The position numbers and the translations under genes were made by a program. From positions 92,070,001 to 92,134,000 of the forward strand of contig OX597819.1 of assembly GCA_951406725.2 (NCBI GenBank): 64,000 nucleotides of DNA. The letters are read 5' to 3'. The DNA comes from Octopus vulgaris (lineage: Eukaryota). The notes under the pieces were generated by a model. The model had not been told where the DNA came from. It saw only the letters and a program-made list of their open reading frames with translations, and did not search any database. Position 1 is the stretch's first letter. The number at the start of each line of letters is the position of its first letter. Below are positions 13,352-26,596 of this stretch, piece after piece.

Positions 13352-14123
13352 TAGTGGCTCCAAACCGATTTTTGGCCATGTCCCACCGAACAATTTCTAA
13401 AATCCTGATGCCCCCTTGTTATTCAAAATTTGGTTAATATTTACAATATTACCTAGAAACAAAATATAAAAAGAAAAAGTGCAACGGATGTAAAAAAATG
13501 TGTAGGAAACGAATACGAAAAAATGCGAGGAAAGTAACAGGGGGTAGGGTAGAAAGAGGACTTCGGAAAATTCACAAGATCCGAGTTTTCCCTCATGGCA
13601 TTTAGGAAAATGCTTTTTTTAAATGAAATTTTATAGAAATACCTTTCAAACAGCATAGATTTCGATTATAAAGAAATTTGTAGAAAAATCTTTTCCGAGG
13701 GAGTGGGGAGAGGTCTTCGGTAAATTCACAAGATCTGAGTTTTTCGCCCATAACTCGGTGACCGTTTATCGTGGATAGCGGGTATAAATCCAAAGTTTAA
13801 ATGTTCATCTGAATACCGATGAATTTTTTTAAACTTGCACTACTCATTTTATGTATTTTTGAATCAAGCACGAAGAGATTTTAGTTCAAGCAAATTTTTT
13901 CGACAATTTCTTCAAAAAGATTACAGTATAAACTTTCGGAAAATATGCTAAAAAAATATTCAGTGAACCTTCTCAGCTGCAAAAGCCTTTGTATCAATGG
14001 TAGAAGATTTTTCATACCTTTTTGCTGAATTCACAAATTGACTGGTGGGAATAAAATGACCTGTTAATTTTCATCTCTGTTCATATATATACGTATATGT
14101 GAGCGTTACCAGTACTATAAATC

Positions 14124-14215
<92 letters not shown>

Positions 14216-14241
14216 ACTATCTGTCTATCTGTCTATCTGTT

Positions 14242-14276
<35 letters not shown>

Positions 14277-14919
14277 GTGCCTCTTTCTCTCTCTCTGTGC
14301 CTCTTTCTCTTCCTTCACTGATGCTACCCATTACTTCTACTCCATTTCAACCCATTCCACACCATTCAATTCTTTCATCCTTCATCCCCAGCGCCATTTA
14401 TTGTCCCACTCTGCAGCACCACATTTGTCTTGTGTACCTAGATTTTTGTCACCAGAGATAAAAGAGTCAATACTTTCAGACACTCGCACATATAAGTGTG
14501 TCTCCAGTTTATTTCTCCACAGGGAATTAAGATAGCATTGCTTTCAGTACTGACCAGTTCTATACTACATACACGCACGCATGCACACACGCACACACAT
14601 ACACATTCTCTCTCGCACACACGCACACATACGAGGTTGTAATTACGTACATGTTTTCACATACCACTAAATCGAAGGAAATAATCTATTCCCTCTTTAG
14701 TGACATCAGATGAAAACGACCTGTTGTCTTCCGAAATTCGATAAAATTGTCCACAGAAGGGATATAAATTTTTTTAATAACTCATTCATTTAATAACTCA
14801 AACAAAAGGAATAAATTCAGCACAACTCTATGCATGCCACAGCAAAATTTTACCATGCCCCCACCAAAATATCACCATGCCTCACCGGTGGGGCATGCGT
14901 CCCACGTTGGAAATCACGG
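13352..14919. mobile_element. Possible hAT/Charlie-like non-autonomous DNA transposon with nested repeats
   Basis: Degenerate termini 'tagtggctccaaacc' and 'gttggaaatcacgg' resemble CAGTGGTTCCCAAC-type TIRs; subterminal 'catgccc' repeats; no TSD confirmed. Confidence 0.4.
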
Positions 14920-15104
14920 CTCTAAGTGGACGATTTTAAAAGTATAGAAATGATTTAAATGGCGTTACGCTTAAAACTACGACATTATAGGATGATGTCG
15001 TCCATCTAGTACTAGGGACCGTAAAATTATAGATGTTCATGACTGGAACGTCTTCAGCAGCCAACTTCAACAGGACTTGTAAGTAAGCAACAGCAACAAC
15101 AGCA

Positions 15105-15600
15105 GTGGAGGTGCAAAGGCCCAGTGGTTAGGGCAGCGGACTCGCAGTCGTAAGAGTGCGGTTTCAATTCCCAGACCGGGCATTGTGAGTGTTTATTGAG
15201 CAAAAACACCTAACCTCCACGAGGCTCCGGCGGAGGGAGGATGGTGAACCCCGCTCTACTCTTTCACCACAACTTTCTCTCACTCCTTCTTCCTATTTCT
15301 GCCACAAAGCAGAGGAACCATGGTGTAACCCACTATGGTGTGGTAAACTTTCAGACCCTAGTCTAGATTGCGAATCCTCTGTACCCCAGGATGGTTCAGC
15401 TCTCCACCCGTTAAAAGCCACCGTTATTCGGAATGAGGATAACAACGTAGCTTTCGCGCCCGTGCCAACCGCCAGTCTATCGCGTGTGGTGGGTGGATCT
15501 TCAAGTTGCTACATGCATTCTTAGTAGCTTAGAGTAGGCTCGAATTAGCGATTATTCTTTGTGGCTAATGGCATGAGTCCTGATTGGAAGAAGAAGAAGA
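15105..15600 (+). mobile_element. tRNA-derived SINE, family C long variant with (GAA)n tail
   Basis: A-box 'ggcccagtggttag', B-box 'ggtttcaattcc'; full-length homolog at 27973-28520. Confidence 0.85.
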
Positions 15601-16336
15601 AAGAAGCAACAGCAACAAGAAAAGCAACAACAACGAGAGAAAAGATTGATGTAGAGAAGAGATTTGATAAATGAAACTGCTTTGCTATGAAATTACGGTG
15701 TACTGCAGGAATTGATAGAAGCCATTTGATTTGGAATCTCAAGAAAAGTGCATCTTCGATCTTCGTATTTCAATATGTTCGTCTGTGTTTTATCACTTTT
15801 TGAAATTCATAAATTTCTCTCTCGCCGTCTCTGTCTCTGTATTTTACTCTAGCTTTGGAGATATGATCTATGTTTTACACGAATGTGTTAAGACAGTGCA
15901 TGTCTAATTCTAGCTGTTGGTAATAAGTAAATGTTTGAGCGAACGTTTACATATTTCTGTATATAATGGAAATCATGTAATGCATAATGGAGTTTATGTA
16001 GCGTACACATGTAAAAATGTGAGGGTAATGAGTATTAGTTCGTTCGTGTATGTATGTGTGTGTGTCTGTGCGTGTATATGTATCTGTGTGTGTGTGTGAT
16101 TGTGATATGCAATGGTTGCATGTAACAAATGTACCTAAATATGCCTGGAGTGTGAAAGAATGTAGAACGGGATCCAAGTAAAGAAGGAGATACTTCGGAT
16201 ATATAAACCACAGAGAAATGGCACTAAAATCTGCATATTATGCACATCTGATAAACACCTGTTATTATTGCTGTCATGCACTGAGAGAGAGTTCCTATAC
16301 ATGCAAAATACCAATGGCACATAAATATGTAAATAC

Positions 16337-16439
<103 letters not shown>

Positions 16440-16469
16440 TAAATATATACATGTATATATATACATGTA

Positions 16470-16521
<52 letters not shown>

Positions 16522-16620
16522 TATATAAAGGGAGAGTTTACGAAAAAAACAAAAAAACGAAGACAGGTGGTGTACAAAACAAACAGATGTATTAGTATAA
16601 CGCCCAGGAATAGAAAAAGT

Positions 16621-16656
16621 CTTTTACGTTTCGAGCCTACGCTCTTCTACAGAAAG
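16621..16656 (-). ncRNA. Hammerhead-like motif, A6U variant (family H)
   Basis: Minus strand cttt CTGTAGA A GAGC gtag GCTC GAAA CG TA aaag. Confidence 0.5.
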
Positions 16657-16736
16657 GGACACAGAAAAAACAAGGAGAGAAAAAAACGTGTATAGTGGCT
16701 AACGATCAATCATTTATATATATATATATATATATA

Positions 16737-17010
16737 CTCTTTTACTAGTTTCAGCCGTGCGGATCTTGTCATGCTGGAGCCCTACCATAATCTTTCTGAT
16801 TTCCTTGGTCTGGGGTGTTTTACATCACCACTCCTGCATGTGCCTTTGTCCCAGCTGTTGTCCATTTGGTGTATATGGGAGTTTGATTCTGCTGTCCTCG
16901 TCTGCACCCCATGTCGGGCTGCTGGTTCATCCGGTATTGTGGAAAGGAATAAGTTTAGGTCCTTTTCGAAGACATCTACTTTCACCTTATGCAGATTTCT
17001 TAATATATAT
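16737..17010 (-). mobile_element. CR1/L2-group LINE 3' end (duplicated at about 17930-18200)
   Basis: ILRNLHKVKVDVFEKDLNLFLSTIPDEP resembles the C-terminus of the 3434 LINE; tail 'gctccagcatg...ctgaaactagtaaaagag'. Confidence 0.75.
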
Positions 17011-17012
17011 TT

Positions 17013-17067
<55 letters not shown>

Positions 17068-17680
17068 TTCGGTGCGAATGATTTTGTTATACTGTTTTGT
17101 TATACAATCCTGTAAATAATAGCGATCACCGTACAATGACTAATAAAAATAGTCTAATAATGTGGCATATAAGCTCTCGACAGAGAAAGTAGGCTTTTCT
17201 ATCCGCGTGAGACTCGAACCCACATTCTTCGCATATTTGAGTTTGTTGGCACTGTTAGTTACGAGCAGATCTTCGAAAGCGATGAGAAGCCGAAAGGGTA
17301 TGTTCTTACTTTCAGTGTTTTCAAATCCAAACCAAGGAGTTTCTGAGCTGATGATAGAAGTGTCGTATTGACTAATCTTGAAACGTACGTTCTCAAATAA
17401 CCTTTGCATTTGATTTTTTGATGTCCTTACCCCCAAACTTTTGTGAGTTGAGTTAAGCAAACACTATATGAGAGAGATTTTCTTTAAGTATTAGAAATAG
17501 CTTTAAAAAAGTTTTTTAGCTGCTATTTCTAATGAGTTCAGTATGCGGCAAAGTAATTTATTTTACTAAGCCCTTTTATATAATGTAATAATTTGAATTC
17601 GCCTTAAATGGTCCCTTTGCATACTGAACACTTGGTGAAATTGATTAATGATTAATTAATTTTACCCTCAATTGTTGAAA

Positions 17681-17882
17681 TATATATAAATATATATAAA
17701 GGGAGAGTTTACGAAAAAAACAAAAAAACGAAGACAGGTGGTGTACAAAACAAACAGATGTATTAGTATAACGCCCAGGAATAGAAAAAGTCTTTTACGT
17801 TTCGAGCCTACGCTCTTCTACAGAAAGGGACACAGAAAAAACAAGGAGAGAAAAAAACGTGTATAGTGGCTAACGATCAATC

Positions 17883-17930
<48 letters not shown>

Positions 17931-18200
17931 TACTAGTTTCAGCCGTGCGGATCTTGTCATGCTGGAGCCCTACCATAATCTTTCTGATTTCCTTGGTCTG
18001 GGGTGTTTTACATCACCACTCCTGCATGTGCCTTTGTCCCAGCTGTTGTCCATTTGGTGTATATGGGAGTTTGATTCTGCTGTCCTCGTCTGCAACCCAT
18101 GTCGGGCTGCTGGTTCATCCGGTATTGTGGAAAGGAATAAGTTTAGGTCCTTTTCGAAGACATCTACTTTCACCTTATGCAGATTTCTTAATATATATTT

Positions 18201-18252
<52 letters not shown>

Positions 18253-18406
18253 ATGCGAATGATTTTGTTATACTGTTTTGTTATACAATCCTGTAAATAA
18301 TAGCGATCACCGTACAATGACTAATAAAAATAGTCTAATAATGTGGCATATAAGCTCTCGACAGAGAAAGTAGGCTTTTCTATCCGCGTGAGACTCGAAC
18401 CCACAT
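17681..18406. repeat. Local direct duplication, copy 2
   Basis: Matches 16510-17225. Confidence 0.92.
17792..17827 (-). ncRNA. Hammerhead-like motif, A6U variant (duplicate of 16621-16656)
   Basis: Identical motif within the duplication. Confidence 0.5.
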
Positions 18407-18450
18407 CCCTTTGTTAACGCGATTTAGTGTTACCATTACACCAGTGAATT
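18380..18450 (-). pseudogene. tRNA-derived sequence (pseudo-tRNA or SINE head)
   Basis: Minus strand A-box TGGTGTAATGG and B-box GGTTCGAGTC in 'gtgggttcgagtctcac'; acceptor stem poor. Confidence 0.6.
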
Positions 18451-18592
18451 AGCCTCCCTGTTTCTATCAAATTTAAGAACTATATTAGTTCGTAGTTGTT
18501 TTGTAAACAAACTTTCTGTTGCTTTCAGTGCGAATGGTTTTGTTATACGGCGCCGGGTTTTACAATACTGTAAATAATAATAATAATGGTAT

Positions 18593-18841
<249 letters not shown>

Positions 18842-18855
18842 ATATATATATATAT

Positions 18856-19044
18856 GTCCCGGATGAACCAACTTCACGGCAGGAGGTGCAGATGAGGGCA
18901 GCTGCATCGAACTCTCTCATGCATCAGATGGCGTTTGCTAAAAAGCATCCGTGAGGTAAAATCGTGTAGCAAACAAAATGGCGTTGCCCCAGCATGGCCA
19001 CAGCTCATTAGCTGAAACTGGAAAAATCAAAATCAAAATCAAAA
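18856..19044 (+). mobile_element. CR1/L2-group LINE extreme 3' end
   Basis: VPDEPTSRQEVQMRAAASNSLMHQM, then 'gccccagcatggccacagc...ctgaaactgg' and (aaaatc)n tail. Confidence 0.7.
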
Positions 19045-19565
19045 TATATATATATGTATGTGTGTGTGTGCGTGTGCGTGTGAGTGTGTGTGTATACATA
19101 TATATGTATGTATGTATGGATAGCTAGATGAAAAATAATTTGGTTAGCCCCGCACCCTTAGTTTAAATGTTAATAATTGATGAAAATTTATCTACATCTA
19201 ATACACCAATATTTCCTGACCTTAGACACACCACAGAATCTTTAACGATATAATATAATATAATATAATATAATATATGTATACATACGTATGTATTTCA
19301 AACCAACAGCGTGAAAATTGAGGTGCCTTTCACCAAAGTCTGAGGACGACTCAATTCTAGTGAAAGAAATATGGTTGACGAAGAAATTTGCTTGACCTTA
19401 AGGGTGCATGAATTTGTGTTATACTCAAGCACTTACAAGTTAATTCAACGAGTAGATGGTTCCGCTGGTTGTATAAACTCAGAACTCACAACCGAAGACG
19501 ACGGATTTTATTTTCAAATTACTATTTCTCTTTACGCATATACGTGTGAATACAGATGTACATAA

Positions 19566-19646
<81 letters not shown>

Positions 19647-19776
19647 CATTAATAGCGACGGAAACAATATTAATTCAAAATAGTATTCTGTAATTTTTTC
19701 TTGAAGCAGATATACTGTAGAAAGCAACACACACACACATATATACATACACACACACATACATAAATACATACAT

Positions 19777-19812
<36 letters not shown>

Positions 19813-20093
19813 GCACGCACAATCACATAAACATGTATGTATATAATAGGGCACCTTGGGCAAGCATTTTCCTCTCTAGCTTTGGATTGATGAATAGCTT
19901 ATGTGCGGAATTCTGTAGACGTACACACACACACACACAGACACACACACACACATACACACACAATACACACACATACACATATATGTTATATGTGTGT
20001 GTATGTGTACATATACATATATGAAGGGGAATAGACGAGAAAAAGGGAAAGGGAAAGAAAAGGTAAAAAGAGAAGATAGATAGAGGTAAATGA

Positions 20094-20137
<44 letters not shown>

Positions 20138-21485
20138 GAGACAGAGAGAAGGGAGAGATACAGAAAGGGAAAGAGACAAGGAGAGAGAGAGAGGAGCAGA
20201 GATAGAGGCAGAGAGAGAAAGAGGGAGAGAAAGAAAGGGTGATAGAAATCCAACTGGTTGATTGCCAAAACTGTTCGGCGGATTCTTCGGTCAGGAGCGC
20301 CACTGATCATTCCCCAATAAACAGTCAATTTAGGGACGAGATTATCCCAGATATAATGAATGTTGCTTGGCAGTTTTTCCAATTTTCTTTATTTTTTTTG
20401 TCTGGCCGCGAGCCGAATTTGAAAGTAATACCATATTATTACTTGGTGGAGAGATAGGCATAGGATCTCTTTTTAGAAGAGAACGGCTGATAGAGTTGTA
20501 GAAGAAAGAAATGGAATCACTCAAGACTGTTTTAATTAAACGCAAGTTTGAAGAGAAAGATATCACCGCCATATTTCTTTCTTTCTTTCTTTCTTTCTTT
20601 CTTTGCTTTTCATTACAGTTAAATACTTTAATATACGCACAAACATGCACGTCACACACACACATGCAACACACATATATGCACGCGTATTTACTCACGC
20701 TTATGTATATAATCATTAATAATTTAAAACTTCTCTAATTGAAATTTTAAATATTAATAAATAACAATATAAACAATGAAATATCAACTTAAATTGTATG
20801 CACTCAGAGTGTTGCTTTTTTTGTTTTTGTTTTTATATCCTTCCCTCTTATTTGAAATGTTTCCAGCATGCCGCACTATTAATGAACCGTGGTTATAAAA
20901 CAATACCGCATAAACGTACATTAACGTAATTATACACAAAGAGAAACATACGCACGCATTATACGGTTGTAGATGTCTGTATAGATTTGCAAGCGTACAA
21001 AGACACAAGCGTAGATACAAATATGCGTGTACGCGTGGGAATGTGCCAAGCAACTTTTAATTAATAACACTATTATATTTGAAGTAAAAACAACAGCACA
21101 AAGCAAAGGAAAAACAAAACAAAGCGATGTAACGAAAGCGTTTTAATGAATCCTCTACTTATACCTCTTGGAATCACTGTTCATGTTGATAGTGTCTACA
21201 TCCTTATTGCAATTTAAAATTTAACAAATAAACTGGTCTACCGGTTTCGCACGTCAAGGGAATCTCTTATTTGGCCAATCTATCTTCTAGATATAGCAGC
21301 CAAATCCCCCTTAAATCACATTACCTTCTTTAAAGTGATTAGTCATCCAGTACACTGTTAGACTGAATTAGATAACGGATTATCAGAAATGAGATACGTG
21401 AATAAAAAAACGGAGAACATGACAGAAAAGCATCTGTGCTGATGTTAGTCTCTCGTAGTCTGAGAAAGACGATTCTGCAATTTCT

Positions 21486-21901
21486 TATTTCTTTATTGCC
21501 CACAAGGGGCTAAACAGAGGAGAAAACAAGGACAGACAAAGGGATTAAGTTGATTACATTGACCCCAGTGCGTAACTGGTACTTAATTTATCGACCCCGA
21601 AAGGATGAAAGGCAAAATCGACCTCGGCGGAATTTGAACTCAGAACGTAACGGCAGACGAAATACCTATTTCTTTACTACCCATAAGGGGCTAAACACAG
21701 AGAGGACAAACAAGGAAAGACAAACAGATTAAGTCGATTATATCGACCCCAGTGCGTAACTGGTACTTATTTAATCGACCCCGAATGGATGAAAGGCAAA
21801 GTCGACCTCGCCAGAATTTGAACTCAGAATGTAGCGGCAGACGAAATACCGTTAAGCACTTCGCCTGGCGTGCTAACGTTTCTGCCAGCTCGCCTTCCTT
21901 A
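21486..21901 (-). mobile_element. SINE family A, internally dimeric, with 17-bp TSD
   Basis: TSD acgattctgcaatttct at 21469-21485 and 21902-21918; core repeated twice. Confidence 0.9.
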
Positions 21902-22009
21902 ACGATTCTGCAATTTCTCACTTAACAACCTGCACAAATGATGTGTTTATAGAGATCAAATATTGGTGATGTACATCAGTTTACTTCCTCCATCAAATCC
22001 ACGTTGTCT

Positions 22010-22170
22010 GAATCGGGTCACAGCGTACCACACGTCAAGTATCGAAGTGCTTGCAGGGCAACATGAGACGATTGATTTACTCAAGAACACAACGCACCAC
22101 CCGGTCCAGGAACTGAAACCATGATCTCGCAATCGGAGGTTCAACAACCAAGTCACTAGGCTATACCCAC
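22010..22170 (-). mobile_element. SINE family C fragment
   Basis: Reverse complement of 'gcctagtg...tgcgagatcatggtttcagttcctggaccggg...gttgtgttcttgagtaa'. Confidence 0.65.
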
Positions 22171-23088
22171 TTCGCAGAGGGGCATCTAATAATAGGGCTA
22201 CTCAATCGTAGCTGATTTGGTATCAAAGCAACTCCACACTTGAACTGAAAACACAATGGATATCTCTTTCTCTCTCTTTATAGATTTTCCGAGGGGACCA
22301 TTCTAATAAGGTTATTTCTCTGCGCTTCTATTTAATGTGGCACAAAACACACTGTTATATCTTTTATAAAAATCTAGAACTTATTCATTAATATCTACAG
22401 CAGCAAGCGACACCAATGCAATCTATAATTTCCTCGATCTAAATATATACGCTGGTAATTTCGACAATGTTAAGAAACGACTAGATTTCATCTGCTATGT
22501 AGATGAAATGCGTCGAGGCAAAACGTTTATGCTAAATGATTGAATGTGAGAAAATTGGTTGCCAAGAGAAAACATTTACGTTAACGGAATTTTACTCTCC
22601 TTTTCTAAATAATGAGTATCTTGGGATTTATTAAAAGGTATATTGTACAATAGAATTGTAAATAAGAAGAGAGTGACGAAAGAGTATTACACCAGTTTTT
22701 AGAAAATATAGTCATAGCGCTTTCTTCTGTCAACAAAATCAGAACCCACAAGGCATCTAATGATCTAATACTGATCCTGATAAGGGATAATTGAATAATT
22801 TATGAGGGGAATACACTCTTATGATATATATATCATAAGAGTGTATTTCCCGTCATATATATATATATAATGAGATAGGGGTTGTAAATTCCACCCTCCA
22901 TGGGATGACATATATCCAATATACTGCTAGAGAAGTACCCAACAAAGCTAATACATAAATGTTAAGAATTGCGATGCAATTAATTCATTTACTGTATTAG
23001 GTGGGCAAATGTAAAATTATTTTTACCATAAATTAATAATACAAAATAGAATGATTTAGATATATTTCTCCATTTTCTTATTTTGTAT

Positions 23089-23183
<95 letters not shown>

Positions 23184-23689
23184 GATTTGTGTCGGATTGG
23201 TAGATATGTTGAAGTTTGATTGTGATGTGGTCTTATATATTTTAGCATCGTTGCCTACAGTTTTTTTTTAACAGGTTAATCGCTGGCTAATCGCATTTCC
23301 GACGGCGAGAGCGATAGGCGTGAATCAGAATCATAGGGCGGAACAAATATCACAAAAAACCTAGTTTGAAAAACATTGGTTTTCTAATTGTCCCACGATG
23401 ATTTGCATCCTTCATCCACTAGATTCTATTCAAGATATCAGGTACGACGAAGCTGCAAAACAAATTTCTTGAACATGTGGTATTGACAGCGCATTTAAAG
23501 AAAGGAATCTTAATAAAAAAGTGGAAATATAATTTTTTGTTGTGTCTATGGATAGTCATTAAGCCAATATTATTAATACACGCACTGGCTCAATTCCACT
23601 CCTTTATCATTAGTCACCAGGTTAAATATCCAACTAACAATCGATTATTTAGTTGGATATTTAACGAATTGACTAAAAGTAAAGGAGTG

Positions 23690-24273
23690 GATTTGAACCA
23701 ACGCGTGTGTTAATAATATTGGCACAATTACTCTCGCTAGACACAACAAAATTTGTCTGATTCAACACACGAATTCACATAAAGGATCTTGCAAACCAGA
23801 TACAAAAACGACGTAAATATCATTTTAGATAAATAGAAGTAAGAATATTAGGCCAAACACTAGCTTACACGTAGTTATAAAATTAATGATATTGGTAGAG
23901 TACAACACACACAGGTGCGCACAAATGAAAGAAAGAAGTAAGAAAGAATATTATAAATGCATTAGGTTAATACTTAAAACACAATTAAGAGAATTAGCAG
24001 TACGGCACATGAAAACAGAAATAATGACTAGAGTTAGAATACATCATCTAAATTCCAACACAGAAGCATTATATTTACAATGAATATAGAAACGTAGCGG
24101 CATCTGCAACTAAAACAATTATCATAAATGTTCTATTCTAGTACCAGAAATATATCAAGTAAATAATATATGGAAACTAATACAAATAGCTACAAAACAG
24201 GAACGAAACAAATCGTTTACTGCCTTCAAGAAAGCCAATGCATAAATAAAAACGGTGGCTAAGTTAATAAACA

Positions 24274-24331
<58 letters not shown>

Positions 24332-24600
24332 GGGTTGGAAGAGTGCACGGAGAAACAACAAATGAGACGGTTAAAAACTGGAAATAGTATTTTAAAATGT
24401 CAAGCTAAGATGTTGACAACAAAGGCCTGCACGTGACCCGTAACGGATGTGATATGGCAACGTTGTGTTGCATACATAAAGAAATGGAGACAATGAGGAG
24501 CGTTGAGGATCACAGGAGGCACAATTGAGAACGAAGGATTTTTGATGGCGTTACAACAAAAAAAAAAAAAAATTCAAATAATTCTCATAGGGAGCTGCAA
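23690..24600 (+). mobile_element. Highly decayed Dong/R4-type LINE fragment
   Basis: QMKERSKKEYYKCIRLILKTQL resembles the R4/Dong post-RT region (compare 48640-49480). Confidence 0.55.
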
Positions 24601-24607
24601 AGACATA

Positions 24608-24821
24608 CGAGGTGTTAAAAAGGTCCATGCTTTGGGTAAAAGAAAATACAGGTGAATCAATTAGTTATGATTTTATTCAACATATTACCCTCTCAGAGCC
24701 ACGCACGTATTGCAGCGGGCCTGCAGATTTTCTAAGCTCTGTGAAATAACTCGGAAAATTGGGCCTCCAGCAAAGCCTTTCGCGGTACACTTGAAGCCAG
24801 AAACTTTTCAGCACCCCTGCG
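24608..24821. mobile_element. Mariner-derived MITE
   Basis: TA|cgaggtgttaaaaaggtcc ... aagccagaaacttttcagcacccctgcg|TA; degenerate TIRs and TA TSD. Confidence 0.65.
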
Positions 24822-24940
24822 TAACTATATAACGCACGGGCATGGGTGTATGGTAAAGGAGTTCGTTTCGCAATTAAGTTTTTGCTATTCTAACCATGCA
24901 ATTATTGATGACTGAAATTAGTAAAGAGAAATTAAGCCCG

Positions 24941-24983
<43 letters not shown>

Positions 24984-24987
<4 letters not shown>

Positions 24988-25440
24988 AAAATAGTAAAGT
25001 GTGAAAAAACGACAGAAGGCTTAAATGTTAAAAAATATATATATTTGTGTCAAAATGTCTGGAGAATATTGGAAAAATTTTTTTTCCTTTCCTTAAAATG
25101 ACATAATTAAAAAATTTTTAAAGAAATTACCGGTTTCGCGTGTAGCTTTTCAAATTTCTTGTGACGTTATGTTTATATTGCATGGAATTATCGTTGTTTT
25201 TATTTCCAGGAGATTTCTGAATAAGGGGAGGTAGTGAGTGATTTTTTCCGGTGTAGGGGAGATAATCGCTTAAAAATTTTTTTTCCCTTTTCCTTGTTAA
25301 TTTCTCTGTGTCAGTATGTTCGGATGGTTGAGTCTGGGTTTGTACTTTTCAATGAAGAATGTTTCCTTGTTCAGTCTCATTTGTGTTGATGATCCGAAAG
25401 CACATTGGTAAAATGGGAAGATTAAAAATTGTGGCAGTAG
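24984..25440 (-). mobile_element. PLE 3' end: GIY-YIG C-terminus, 3'UTR with HHR, and T-rich tail
   Basis: FLIFPFYQC...[17 protein letters not shown] (stop 25297), homologous to the end of the GIY-YIG ORF at 56368; both ends in (TA)n. Confidence 0.8.
25121..25160 (-). ncRNA. Minimal type-I hammerhead ribozyme, U3-A8 variant
   Basis: Minus strand aagaaat TTGAAAA GC tacac GC GAAA CCGG TA atttctt; 7-bp stem I, palindromic stem III, GUA site. Confidence 0.7.
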
Positions 25441-25485
25441 TATATGTATATATATATGTATATATATATATACATATATATACAT

Positions 25486-25583
<98 letters not shown>

Positions 25584-25609
25584 ATGTATATATATACATA
25601 TATATATAC

Positions 25610-25677
<68 letters not shown>

Positions 25678-25785
25678 CGGGCTTAATTTCTCTTTACTAA
25701 TTTCAGTCATCAATAATTGCATGGTTAGAATAGCAAAAACTTAATTGCGAAACGAACTCCTTTACCATACACCCATGCCCGTGCG

Positions 25786-25874
<89 letters not shown>

Positions 25875-25880
25875 TATATA

Positions 25881-26208
25881 GAATTAAGAGATAGAACCTC
25901 CATAAGGTAATTAATTTAATACTGAAAGATATTATATAAATTTATATATATATTATTATTAACGTTGTACTAAAAATTTCCACACATTAAAACGACTTTA
26001 TTATTAATATCGTGCTAAAAATTTCTATACTAAAATATACATTAAAAATACACATTATGTATATTTTAGTAAAGAAATTTTAGCACGATATTAATAATAA
26101 AGTCGTTTTAATGTGTACAAATTTTTAGTACAACTTAAAAAATAATATATTTAAATTTATATATCTTTCAGCATTAATTGAATTACTTTATGGAGGTTCT
26201 ATCTCTTA

Positions 26209-26212
<4 letters not shown>
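25881..26212. mobile_element. AT-rich fold-back (MITE-like) element in (TA)n
   Basis: 'gaattaagagatagaacctccataa...' pairs with '...ttatggaggttctatctcttaattc'; arms about 160 bp, imperfect. Confidence 0.85.
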
Positions 26213-26246
<34 letters not shown>

Positions 26247-26266
26247 TACATACATATACATACATA

Positions 26267-26333
<67 letters not shown>

Positions 26334-26596
26334 ACGTTTAACAAAATGAGTCAATTTGTTCAACTAAATCTTACAAGGCGGTACCCTAAGATAACCAATG
26401 AGTGAAAGAAGCTAAACAATATAAGAATAAGCGAATAAAACGTAAGTACAGAATATTTTTGAAGTTGTGAAAAGAGAAATGATCCGTTTTTCGATATGAG
26501 CAGTATTCCTACTGACGGAAACACACACTAGCATACACAAGAGAGTGACTTGCACAAGTATATATATATATACATACATATACACGCATATGTATA

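Larger units (their letters stand above)
16510..17225. repeat. Local direct duplication, copy 1 (copy 2 at 17681-18406)
   Basis: About 715 bp, nearly identical, differing mainly in microsatellite lengths. Confidence 0.92.
24831..25787. repeat. 112-bp inverted repeat pair (24831-24942 and 25676-25787)
   Basis: Arms are reverse complements with no mismatch seen; they enclose TA tracts and a PLE 3' end. Confidence 0.92.

Noticed and set aside
18380-18450. Functional tRNA gene
   Set aside because: A and B boxes are present, but acceptor and anticodon stems do not pair properly.
20239-20580. Unique-sequence ORFs as host exons
   Set aside because: No recognisable domain or consistent splice signals; the region may be non-coding.
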